The notes below the pieces were generated by a model. That model was not told the origin of the DNA. It worked only from the letters and a program-made list of their open reading frames with translations, and did no database searches. A program made the translations under genes and the position numbers. Below, piece after piece: positions 38,700-50,456 of a DNA stretch of 64,000 nt. Each line of letters starts with the position of its first letter. The stretch's first letter is position 1. The DNA comes from Oopsacas minuta (lineage: Eukaryota; Animalia; Porifera). The stretch spans positions 62,001 to 126,000 of the forward strand of contig JAKMXF010000004.1 of NCBI GenBank assembly GCA_024704765.1. Reading direction: 5' to 3'.

Positions 38700-40017
38700 T
38701 TTATTCAACAGTGTACCGTCTATCGAGAAATCCACCGGATATCATAATGAAATAGTCGACCTATTGTGAGCCATCGAATATCCGACCAGTTGTAAACCTA
38801 CAATTTACCACTCAACGATTGGGATAACACCCTTTCAAGCAATCTTTAGTCGAAAACCACCCTTTGGGTTATCTGAACAGGGTATTCCAATCGAATTAGT
38901 GTCCGTTATATCAACAGAGGAAGATCTCGACTTAGCCATTCAAGACTTAAATCATAACGAACTCCCTCAACCAAATTTCCTCTGCAGAATATCAAATATA
39001 CTCTTTCCCAGGTCAAGCCGAGTGCTTTGAGTTTCTTTCCGATCCATATTTAGAGGAAATATCATAATCTCTACCTATCATTGTTCACATTTATGAAGAA
39101 TCACAAGATCTACGTTTTCCATCCGAATTTTTGTCATCTGCTCCATTTAATTCAAAGTTTCCTATTGTGGAGGAATTAGAAGTTACTAACCCAAATGAAT
39201 CAGTTCATATTGAATCCCAATCCGTAACTTCCACAAAACGTACTGTTTGTGACAAAGAAACAACTCAAGCGCACAGTTGTCCTGGATGTTTCAGGTACAT
39301 ACATGCGATTTGTAGTAGCACTGAAGCAGAAGAAGGATGTGGAAGCTCAGTCCGGTGTCATGATTGTGATCTACAAAAGCATCAGTTAGAATCGGTAACT
39401 CAGCGGAGGGGAATTAAACGTACGCAGGTAAATCTTCATCAACGTATGCTTAAAGCATGTTGCAATCGTTTTCCTGATACAAATATAGATGACAACATCA
39501 TATTACCAACATCCAAGCCGGATTCATTAGCTTTAGGAAATAAGAACATGTTAGGAGTTGTGTTAAGCAAAGAAGATAAACTCTACTCGATTGGAACAAA
39601 ATATGGAATATTAGATACGAAATATTCTAGAAACCAGTTCGATATCTGCCCATCCAAGTCATAGAAAAAGTAGTTGTTCCTGAAAATACAATTTCTCAAA
39701 GAACTGCTATGCAAAATGCTTCTCAAGGCGTTATTAGTTATGCAAGTGTAAAAGTTGCTCAACTACTCGTTGTCCATGTCGAAAAGAATCATTAGTTTGC
39801 CAACAAGATGTCACAACAGGAAGAGTTGTTCCAACAAACCAAACTGACAGAGCACAATTAGTATTTATAGATCATATAATCTTTATATCGATAAATGCAC
39901 TTACTAACAACCAATTGGGTAAATCTGAATATAATTCGCACTTGGACCAATTCAAATTGATCTATTCGTGAATAGGCAGTCGTGTTGGTCAATTCGCAAA
40001 TGACCAAATTCGCAGTT
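38700..40017 (+). mobile_element. Ginger/KRBA2-SCAND3-like integrase-type DNA transposon, 5'-truncated
   Basis: Integrase tail GITPFQAIFSRKPPLG...TEEDL, a Cys/His cluster (CPGCFRYIHAIC...CHDC) and KNMLGVVLSKEDKLYSIGTKYGILDTKYSRNQFDIC. Probable right terminus TTGGTCAATTCGCAAATGACCAAATTCGCAGTT. Confidence 0.7.
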
Positions 40018-41769
40018 GAACTGCAACATAATCATTTATCTCGTATTTTATTTATGAGGTCTAGACTTTACTTCATTGTGTATTCAAAATCTAGAGTGTT
40101 TATTGAATTGTTTTTGGTGGTTATCAAAGTTATCAAAATATTGGTTGAAAATTTCCTTTTCGGGCATGTCCGCGCCTTCTATTCAGGGTCCTGAAACTTA
40201 TCGTAACCAGTCATGATCAGTTATTATATCGAAATATATAAGAAGCTAACATATTGACGCTCCCAAAGGACCCAAAATACACTTAGTTTTATTGTCTGCA
40301 TATTGATTTTCCTCAATATAGAGTGTTCACTCAATCATGTCCTAACCCTTCTTCTATTATCTAGCAAATCGACTCATTTTGAATGTATTGATTGGTATTT
40401 GGATAAATCTACTAAAGATTGATGATCTTTGGAGTCAATTGTGTTGTAGTGAGTATATAATTTTGATTTCATTTCAAAAACAAAACTAATCGGTTTCTTT
40501 GCATAGATTTACTATATATCCTTGAGTACCCTAAAATATTCTGGCGGCATAAACTGATAGCCATAACGGCAAAATTTGAACCTGTCTTTCTTTTCTAGCT
40601 TAGCGCCAAACAGTGTTCACTTTAAGGCACTGGCCCATACGCCATAGTTCTGTAATACCCTACGGGATGTGCTCGTATGAGGACCCGGAAATAATTTCAA
40701 TTGGTTTCACTTTTGTATGAGAGTGGAATGTCACTACCCATATTGAGAATAAAGATGCTACATTTACTTTCCAAATTGTGCGTCGTTCACTGAAATTTAT
40801 AGAAACCAATCATTCGCGAATCCTTTCTCCTTTGTCCTGATAGTGCATAATGAGGCCAAAATGAGAGCAGCATTTGAATAGAAGGTTTGATGATCTGGAC
40901 GAATGTGTTATAGTGGGACGCGTTGGTTATGTAGGACACGCTTTAGCAACCCGTGTCTACGATGAGTTTGATAATAATCCTCACTGCGATATGAGTATAT
41001 TTTTCAATCAAATCTCAAAGATGTAGAGTTTTTATAAGAGCAGATCTATACACATGAAATTACAGCAGCTTCACATCATCCACTTCCTGAATATGGCCAC
41101 AATTATTTACCATTACTGATCGTAAACGAACAGCGCTCGTCTTTGAAACCTTATTGATACTATCTAATCGTGTTTCCTTCCAACAAATTTGAAGTCGAGA
41201 GCTAATTAATTCAGTAACGACAAATGAGGAGTTCGCCCCTCAATTTCCAATTTATCAAAAAATGTTCACATCAGTGATTGTAGATTGATTTTTACTTTTT
41301 CAGTATGTCCTCCAATAACGGAACACTTTAAGGACTGCTAAAAATTGTTGATAATATTGTGGTGTTCTCTGAGGATCGGTCGCATTTTTGGACCTATCAT
41401 TACTTATGATGTGTAAGAGGTTTTATTGTTACTTGCTTTATTACCGTGAATATTCAGTGTCAATCAAATAACTTTATTCTGACATTATTCCTCACATCGC
41501 ACACTACATTTAGTACAAGGCTCCGCAAACTGACTGTTTTTTGGCTGCATGCATCCCGACAAAGCAATATAATTTCTATAACATGTGGACAGCAGATAAT
41601 TTATGCAACCTCTACTTCTATGTAATTTCTTACGCAATCTAGCTTCAGTATTCAATTGGTAAATTTTGATTTTCGAATTGTATTCTCCCATTATATTAAT
41701 TATAGTAAGGAAATATCTCTCTCTTATTCTGAATATCTATCTTGTGTATTAGTATGTGAAGAATGATCG

Positions 41770-42860
41770 CTAAGAATAGGAAGCTGCAAGAGAGTTTCGG
41801 AAATTCAACCGAGCATGGGAAGAAGAGTTTATGTAATTGACCACAAATTTGCCTGTTCGCGCTTATATTGTGATCCCAGATATCTTCCTTGAAGAGGAGC
41901 CATTTGAATGTTCATTATTCAGCAAGACTCAAACTTTGGTATACAATGATAGTTATCCAATGTACACCACTGTCCCGAATTGGGTTCTCTTGAATTAGCC
42001 AAATTAACAGCCAGAAGCTGATGTTAAATACGTATAATGGTTACTCAATCCTCCGTGCTACTATTGCATCAATGATAATTTTCTAGATGGTAGCTCAAGA
42101 TAAGAAACCATACTCTGATGTGGATGTGATTAAGGTGTGTGCTCGGGTTACAGTTGGAGATAGCTGATAACAAAGAAACTAAATTGGAAAGTAAAATAGG
42201 AAATTTCTATTGTCTGCTGATAATGTAACACGTAATATATCAGCTTGTATTGTTGATGTGAATGTACAAATTTCTTATGATACTCCCAGTTGCGATGCCA
42301 TAGCATTGCAGCTATGAATGTGCAGTCATAAGAGACATTGACAGTGCTATATATTTGTTCGTTACATTAATAGCTGTTTCAAAGTGGTTGAACATATACT
42401 ACATCTATGTCCACTGACAGGCAAACACGTGAGCAAGATATATTCAACTGTATTCTGGAACGCTGCATAATTCATTATGCTCGTCCAGAAGATATTCCCT
42501 CTTACAACTCATGGCGCGCCTTCAATGACTGGGATGACAACATTTTTTACTACTCTCTTTCAAAAGCTTGATGAGATACGAAATAACATTCTTTCTTACC
42601 ATTGTATTATACAAAGAGAACCTAGAGTCTTTACACAGAGATGTTCGAGGAGCTAGGAAGTGATGAAGAAAACATCGTCGATATTATCAACATATCGTTC
42701 ACATGCCTTGAATCATCACCAATTTCGGGAATTACTCAATGATTATGATGTACAATAAACGAATTGGTGTATCATTCCCAAATTAGGTGATGTTCAAAAG
42801 GAGCAGTACTTGATCATTTCTTCCATCTGATTGAAACAATTAAGAGATATCAATCTTTCA
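41770..42860 (+). pseudogene. hAT transposase fragment, GTF2IRD2/EPM2AIP1-like
   Basis: Broken frames read RKFNRAWEEEF, KKPYSDVDVIKVC, LSADNVTRNI, IFVRYI, THGAPSMTG, YHCIIQRE, RSHALNHHQFRELL and CSKGAVL. Confidence 0.75.
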
Positions 42861-42869
42861 GAGCAATAT

Positions 42870-43710
42870 ATGACCGCGGTCCTAACACGACCGCTCCTTG
42901 TGTCCGCTCCAATTTGGGGAGCGGGATTAGGAGCACGCTTCATTTCTGATCCAAGAACGTAAGGTGAATCGGAGCACCATTTTATTGGAGTGGCGCACAC
43001 TTTGGAGCACGCTCCTATGTAATTGAATACAATAATATTCCGTATTCTTGCAATACAAAGTAGATACTGGGACACTTTTTTATAATGGAATTTATAAAAT
43101 AATTTGATGATCAAACACAATCTTTGTATATGCAGAATTGATTAGTGAAACTGGAACCTCAGCCCGACTTTGTGAGATTTTGGGCCTAGCTCGGATAAAT
43201 TCGAGTCTTAGACGAAAGGTACACCTAGGACAAAATTATAACGTAATTATCACCTTTTTGTGTTTTCAAAAATCACATCATTAACCAATGCTCAGTTTGA
43301 AGTTTGAATTACAGGTACCCCTTAACGTGGCAAATGTGCTGACGTCATGATTCTTAGCAAAAGCACAAAGAATTTTAGCTTTTAATCCTTAAGCTAACCT
43401 GAGGCACTAAGCGTCCTAGCAAGCGAAGCGCGCTAGTAAGTTGTTATAATGGTTTCTAGTTTGAAATTTTGAAATTTCCCTAATTTTCAATTGTTTTAAA
43501 ATTCTATCCTGATTACGTATAGTTCAATTCTGGTCTTAATTTAATACAATGGTAAGGGCCGGAATTGGAGCGCGCTGCATTTGTCAGAGCTTGAGAGGAT
43601 GTGCCCTCATTTCTGTTTAAGAAGTGGAAGTGGAAGCGTTATTCCATATAATGACTAATGCTCGGAGCGGGAGTGCGTTCCAAAAAGTAAGGAGCGCTTA
43701 ATGCTCTTTT
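42870..43710. repeat. Clusters of GGAGCG/CGCTCC-type short motifs at 42870-43020 and 43555-43710
   Basis: Repeated CCGCTCC, GGAGCG, GGAGCAC and GGAGTG in an otherwise AT-rich region; they truncate the GTF2IRD2-like hAT. Confidence 0.5.
43170..43440 (+). repeat. Unclassified repeat family 1, copy D (internally shortened), ending in a Helitron-like hairpin/CTAG
   Basis: TTGGGCCTAGCTC, AAAATCACA and ACGTCATGATTCT are shared with copies A and C; ends CTAGCAAGCGAAGCGCGCTAGT. Confidence 0.6.
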
Positions 43711-45247
43711 TGTTTTCTATATTGACATGCCAAAGATTCAAAATGAATTTTGATCTTGCTGTCTTTATACTTACCAAATTATTTGTAGATCACATTTCAC
43801 TTGGGTTAATGGTTTCCTTTATATATACGAAACTGCCATATAAATAATCAGTCATGCAATTATACACAAATTATGAAGACTATTTATGGTTGTCAATACT
43901 GCTATTTAACAAATATGTTAGTTTCTTAATGAGAGGTCAATTTGAATAGCTAAGCAAAATTTGGTACAAAGAATAGTGCTCCCTGTTGACAATAGAGAAG
44001 TATTCTCTAATGGGAGGTAGAGAATCAATGTTAAAGCATAGGATAATTTCAGGAATTATTAGACTTTATCAAACTCTATAAATCTTTGGATTTGGAAACA
44101 CAATTCTTATCATACATTTATCAGTCATCTATACTTATATTTAGTATGCTGCTGACAAAGCATTTGGAGAATTTATGTCATACCAATTTCAATATCTAGA
44201 TTAAATGATTCAGTGAGTCATTTGGTCCTACTCATATACCCTGTCATATATACTATCCCATGGGTTTTCGATGGGGCTTTGTTCCGCTGTATGTTTTGAG
44301 ACAATTACTGAGGAAAATGCCCATATCAATCGAAGTCATAATGTTCTTCAACATGAATGGGTTAAGTTTTAACCTATACAATGATGTTATATTAATTGTT
44401 TGTGACAAATATCCAAATATCGTCTCTGTCAAACTGCTTCGCTATAAATAATCCTTCTTTCTGGAAAGATTTTGTGTTGATTGGATTTACTCAGTGGGTT
44501 ATTTTCGGTTAAATTTCCAGTAGGATTTAAAGTTTCAGCTTTTAGTATTTACCTAGCTACAAGATTTTAATTCAAGACTATGTTTTTTTAATGTAATATT
44601 TTGAGCATGACCTGCCATTTGAAATTTATGACTTCATTTTAAATTTCCTAAATTTTGTATCTCTTATGTTTCTTCAATTCATGATTAGTTGAAAATAACT
44701 CAATTAATGGTACTTGGTTTCGTTACCAATACCTTGGTAACCATGCAACTCCTTAGCAATATTGTAATTGTAATTCAATCTTGCTATGAAACATAATAAT
44801 GTTATTCGGAATGGTGTTTTGTCTCATAGGAATATGATGTGATGTCAAATATAAATTCAATATATATAGAGAGACAAATTAGTGATATATCTGTAATTCA
44901 CAAAACTATTGGTAAAAGCTGGAAAATGTCACTACCACTTTCACTAACTAAATCAAATATTTCTTGGTATCGAAATTGCTAAAAAGAATGTTAAGTTGCA
45001 ACTAGAATAATTCGAGAAAAACTAATATTGATTCACAATTACCAACCTTATCCAAAATGTCAAGAAATATTCATTTAAGGTGTACTCAACTCAGGGAAGG
45101 ATGTACTATGATCAGTCTGAAAACAATCTTCAAGAAATACTTCTCAAGAGTTAGTAATATTCTACAAGTACTGACACTTCAGCTGATTTATTGGTAGTTT
45201 ATCAAGATATACCTAAACGGAAACAGCTAGAATATTTGAAAAAGCAA

Positions 45248-46959
45248 CACAGTGTCACGAAATGGCTAAAACCTGGAAGTGGGTATTAGGGTACTAGATA
45301 ACGTATTAAACCCTATTATTAACATATGGGGAATCGTACCCAAGGAATCGATTGACGTAACTAGATATTTTCTAAGTCTTTGGGTGCGAAAGTAATGACG
45401 TCATTGTCACACTCAAAATATTTTGATTTTGTTATCGATTATAATTAAGCAAATTTGTGAGCTATAGTTTCAGAAATTGAATGTTTTATGTTTTGATATT
45501 TTTAACACTATTTAATGTACATTTTTATCAACTTATGAAACCACATTTCTTGTTGAAAATGACTTACCGTTCATTGAACTACAAACTATAACGTATTTAT
45601 AATTAGAGAATTCAGCAAAATATCTTGACAGCTCTTTAACTCAGAAGGATCTGGCTCGAATCGTTTTTGATAATATTACGAAATGATGCTAATATTGGAT
45701 CACTTTGAGAGATAAGCCTGAGGAACACATCTTTAGCGTTGTCCTCAAAGCTAAATTTTCTTGAGAGCCTCTCACGGTATCGCCTGACCAATTTATTACA
45801 AAATTCAAGGCCTTCTTCAAAGTTAATGGTTAATGAAGAAGAGGCACTTAACCTAGGCTTCTTTGGCAGAGGACAGAAGCACATGGAATTCCAAGTATCA
45901 AGGTCCGAAAATTTATGAAAAGAGGCTCTATCTTTTTGAATATCATTGAACTTCAGACGAAAGAAATTTTGCTGATCTCGATTAAACCATGAGTTGAATT
46001 ATTTGGTCTGCGATTGAACGAGTGCTAAGTAATTTATGCTCACAATAAAACTGAAAAGCTTGAAGATTGTTCATTTTCTAGATAATTAATATATTATTTA
46101 ATAACAATATTGTAAATACAGGGCTAAAAGTAAGATTTTATATATATATGCATGTTTGTTTTATACGCTTATAAAATACATTCTGAAATCTAAGAATTAA
46201 AGAACCTTTGACGAATATTTTCTCACAGTAGAAGAGTGTTGATTTTCAAGGAATCTTTGTAGAAATACGTGATGAGAACAATTATTTATATTACCTACAA
46301 GCTGAATTTTGTAAACACAAGCATAAAATTATAAATAACTTTACGCTTTGATTATATCGCTAAGCAACCATAATATTTATATAAAATTTTGAAAAGAGAA
46401 CTTTCAAAAATATTAGATAAATTCAAAAGTTCATGTGTTGAAACTATATTTGCGCGAATTTTCGGGAACCTGGAAATTGTTGTATTTTATAGAGAATTAA
46501 AAATGCTATATTATAAAACTCAGGAGACAACTTGACAGAACACGACAGATGAAGTTATGAGACTTCGAAGTTGAGTGACGACAAAAATATCTAACAGAAA
46601 AGTTTATCAAAATATTTGAGCTATTTTAAGGATTTATTATTTGGACTCCGCTTATATGATCACTATAATAAGAGAGTAGTCAAAAATGCAATGGAATGAA
46701 GTCATTGGAATGTATTAGTTGCTTAGATACAGGAATTTAAGTTCATTGATATAAATAAATATCTGTGGTTTTCAGGAATAATTTCTGAGCAAGAAATTGT
46801 AATGCCTCTATACATTCTAGTTGTTCCTAAACTAAATGATGGATCATAACAATTTTAGACATTTCAAGTAATTGGATATTTCTCTTTCCAATGAACTTTA
46901 AATGGTTACTAAATATCGAATTGAAATTTTGACAAATTTCCAGGGGGTGTGCCACTGTG
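45248..46959 (-). mobile_element. Non-autonomous, internally deleted Transib/RAG1-like transposon with RSS-heptamer ends
   Basis: CACAGTG at 45248-54 and CACTGTG at 46953-59; 5-bp flanks AGCAA (45243-47) and AGCAG (46960-64). Minus strand has a probable N-terminal stub (ATG at 46074) fused to EEGLEFCNKLVRRYRERLSRKFSFEDNAKDVFLRLISQSDPILASFR, a Transib C-terminal signature. Confidence 0.85.
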
Positions 46960-47140
46960 AGCAGATTCTAAACGTGTACGCCTGGAGAGTACTGGGTTAT
47001 GGACGTTTTATCTCAATTAGTTTGTTCAGATTTTATCCGTAAATTCATTATGCTTGTTGGTATTATATTTTTCCGAAGATGTAGTACCAGGTTGCCATAA
47101 CATGGCGCTTACTGCAAAACGAATTCCTGAGGGCGATTTT

Positions 47141-47220
47141 TCGGAGCTAAACCAATTTTATTCTGGAGCCAAATCAATACCATGAAGACCTTAACTTCAT
47201 GAAATTGGTTTAGCTCCCGA
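47141..47220. repeat. Short nested hairpin (18-bp outer stem, 7-bp inner stem)
   Basis: TCGGAGCTAAACCAATTT ... AAATTGGTTTAGCTCCCGA encloses CATGAAG-accttaa-CTTCATG. Confidence 0.7.
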
Positions 47221-47619
47221 CAAGTCTACATAGCATATAGCCTCAATTTGGGAATGTATGAAGGTTTAACTCTAACCACTTTGTCACAACTCTGATGTCT
47301 CCATTCCATTTTGCTCATCAGTATCAAATCCATCTGCAGCAATTGTTAGTTACATTGACCACATAATATAGCTCTTGAAACTTATCATCACACACTTGAT
47401 AATACATATACCCCAACACTTTACTCTCCAAATGCTAGTCATCGATTGTTTACTTGCAAATTACAGTCAAGTAAGGATACAGTTCCTATGATCCTAAAAT
47501 AACCCATGGTACAATTTTCAAATCACTGTAAATTATCAACCTTGGCTTCTAATTTATTATGCCACTTTTGGAGAAATTTGGAATATTCCAAATGACCTTA
47601 ACTTCTGGATTATATATCT

Positions 47620-47790
47620 AATCCCATTAATATACCCACATTCATTATCAGCGCGAAATCCCGCGTTTTTGAAAGGTCTCGAATATATTTCCCTAGCAAC
47701 ACAGGGAGGTGGTAGTATGTGGTAACATTCAATTCTCAAAATTTGTCATAACACCATCAACTTACACCTCATTCGACGTCGCTAGGGTAT
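47620..47790 (+). repeat. Unclassified repeat family 2, copy 3
   Basis: Aligns with 15900-16090 in the same orientation. Confidence 0.6.
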
Positions 47791-48318
47791 CTGAATCTAG
47801 GTTTGCACATATCGGCCCTCTATGTTATCTTTGAACCCGATTTGATAGGATTGTCCCTTAGCGGCCCAATATTTTCTAATTTCTCTTTTAATTTTTTCAT
47901 ATATGCATTACAGATTCATGTCATTATTGTTCTGTTTTGTGTAAAATTTTACTATATTAAATAATTTGTATTTTAGATATACGTCACTGTGTTTCTCCTG
48001 GTTAGATTTGTTTTGCCCTTAGTAATTTCATAATTTTCCTTTCTTTGATACCTATATTTTGTAGCCGTTTCGTCGATTCGGTAAAATCGTGTTCAAAGAT
48101 TATTCAGAGGTTCAATTGGTATATAAATAGACTCATCAAGAATAGCGGCGTGTCGAACAAGGGGTCAATCGATGAGGTTACCACGAAATCTGCGAATGGG
48201 ATTTTTCACATCCTGCGTTGCTATAGAAAAACTCTTCCCAAATATTGTCAATTGATCACATTACAACGTGGAACAAGCGCTGATTATGAATATCACCAAA
48301 AATATTGGATCAATTATA

Positions 48319-49622
48319 CAGAGTGGCCAACAAGTTCTGGCTCATTGATAAAAATTCCTAATTCAAAAAATAGCAAACTGTATTCACTGAGATTTATTAC
48401 AGTTCTATTAGATAGCTATATCTATACATTCGATAATATCTACTCAATGTAACCGCCTTTCTTTTTGACTACCCTCTTCAAACGTTGGGGGAACGCCTTA
48501 ACGGCGGATCGTGGGTTATCCTGTGGAAATTTTCCCACTCACGGTGCAAAGACTTCTTCAGAGCTTCCACACTTGAGTCTGACTTTGCACAGGCATTTTT
48601 CTCCAATATGGACCGATTGAGAAGTCCATTGGATTCAAATCTGGGCTTGATGGAGGCAATTCCTCCTTGGTAATGAAATCCGGAAAGTTTTCTCGTAATC
48701 TATTTTGAGAGATGTTTGACATGTCAGCCGGTGCGTCGTCTTGCTGGGATAGAAATGGCTCTTTGTTAAACATCGTTTTGCTCAAATCCTTCATCACAGG
48801 CTCCAGAATCAACTTTTGATATGTTGACGAATATATTTTACCCGTACTGGACAAAAACCAATGGAGTACCGTCTTTTGCTGAGATTCTGGCCCAAACCAT
48901 CACCGACTGAGGTTTTTGAGTCCGTTTGACATATAAATGCTTTTTTGTGATGCTTGAAGACGTGTGGGCTAATATACGATCATTCTGCTTATTACTAGCT
49001 TCTTCTATGGTGAATAATTTCTCGTCAGAAAATATGATATTTTCCAGGGGGTGATTTGCGAGCCGAGTCAGCATGCCCTTGCTTCTAGGAAGTTTCTTTT
49101 TCACAATTTTCTCAGAATTGAAGTGAACTGTTCTTCTTTTAAAATTTTTGAGGTACAAGTCGTTTTTCACAAGGTTTTGCATCGATCCGCACGAAACTTT
49201 GAGCTCAGAGGCCATTTTCCGGAGAGATCGTCGAGGATTTCGTCGTATTCTATCGATCACAACTTTTTTCATCCTCGGAGTTGTTACCGACTTTGGTCGA
49301 CCGCTTCTTGGCATATCTTTTATGCCCCCAGTCTTATTGTAATGTTGGATAGTGCGATAAACGATTTTCCTTCTCGATTTAGCGATATGGAGCAGTTTTA
49401 AAATCTCCTGGACGTTTTCCATTAGAAAATAATTCAATTATTGCTGATCTTTCCTGATTCATGGTGAAACAACTCTTGTCTTGGCCAATATGTAATCAAG
49501 GTATTAGATCATGGTAGATAGATCGTCTACTCTTGGTATTATTCATTAGAAATAGCGAATACTTACATATCTTATATTATGGTAAGTTTTTAATTTTGGG
49601 TCAGAATTGATTGGCCACCTTG
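48319..49622 (-). mobile_element. maT (DD37D) element, full length, frameshifted
   Basis: Imperfect TIRs CAGAGTGGCCAA / TTGGCCACCTTG with TA TSD. IIFSDEKLF, QQDDAPA and SPDLNPMDFS give 37 residues between the second and third Asp. Confidence 0.93.
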
Positions 49623-50456
49623 TATTTGTAAAGGTTAATTGCATTTTTACATCTTCAATACTTGTCCGAATTTCCCCCATAAATTGTCCTCAGCAGATTT
49701 CCTCCCAGGTTCTATATATGCCTACCAAAGTGTTTTCTCTGGCTCATGCACCCTGTAACTCAAATCAAATCCTCTATCTTTAATTGTACATCTATTTATA
49801 GTTAGTCATAGGGCTATTTATCTTATTCATATGTTTCAAATTCCAATCCCTTTCTAGAAAATGTTCGTAATGAAATAACATAATCTGATTGTTCACATTA
49901 AATTTTCTCAGTGTAAACACTCATTTGAAACTATAGGGAGACCACCGGATTATCTGGGAGCGCTGATTTTGTATTTGGTCAGTAAAAATGGATTCTTCTA
50001 TATACCATAACATTGCTTTACTTATTTAGACGTATCAAAAATTGACAGGACGTTCGCTCTGAGCATAATCTGAATAACCTGTATCACTTCCTGGTGAAGA
50101 GTCAATGCATTTAGTGTCACAAACTTATACCTTTGGATCTAATGTTATCTCCTTATAAAAATCGAAGAATGGTCATGATGCTGTTCACATGTTCAAGCGA
50201 TAATTTTCCTAGTGTCATTTTATTCAATGGCTATTTTACTGTCTGCCTGTCAGTTTGTATGTCCGTTGTCAAAGAAAGCATTTTTGCAATGTTGAATTGA
50301 ATTCGAATTTCTCAATTCTGAGACGATGCCGGATTGTGTAATTTTGATAGCTGATGTAGAAAACAATACAGAATCCAATTGAGCAGTCTAACTGATTACG
50401 GCCGAATTGTTACATTCATAACGACTAAAGAACGCTAAATTTACCACTTCGTTATA

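Noticed and set aside
45248-46959. Strict 12/23 RSS pair
   Set aside because: Heptamers are exact, but the nonamer-like motif is at a 10-bp spacer on the left and there is no good nonamer at 23 bp on the right.
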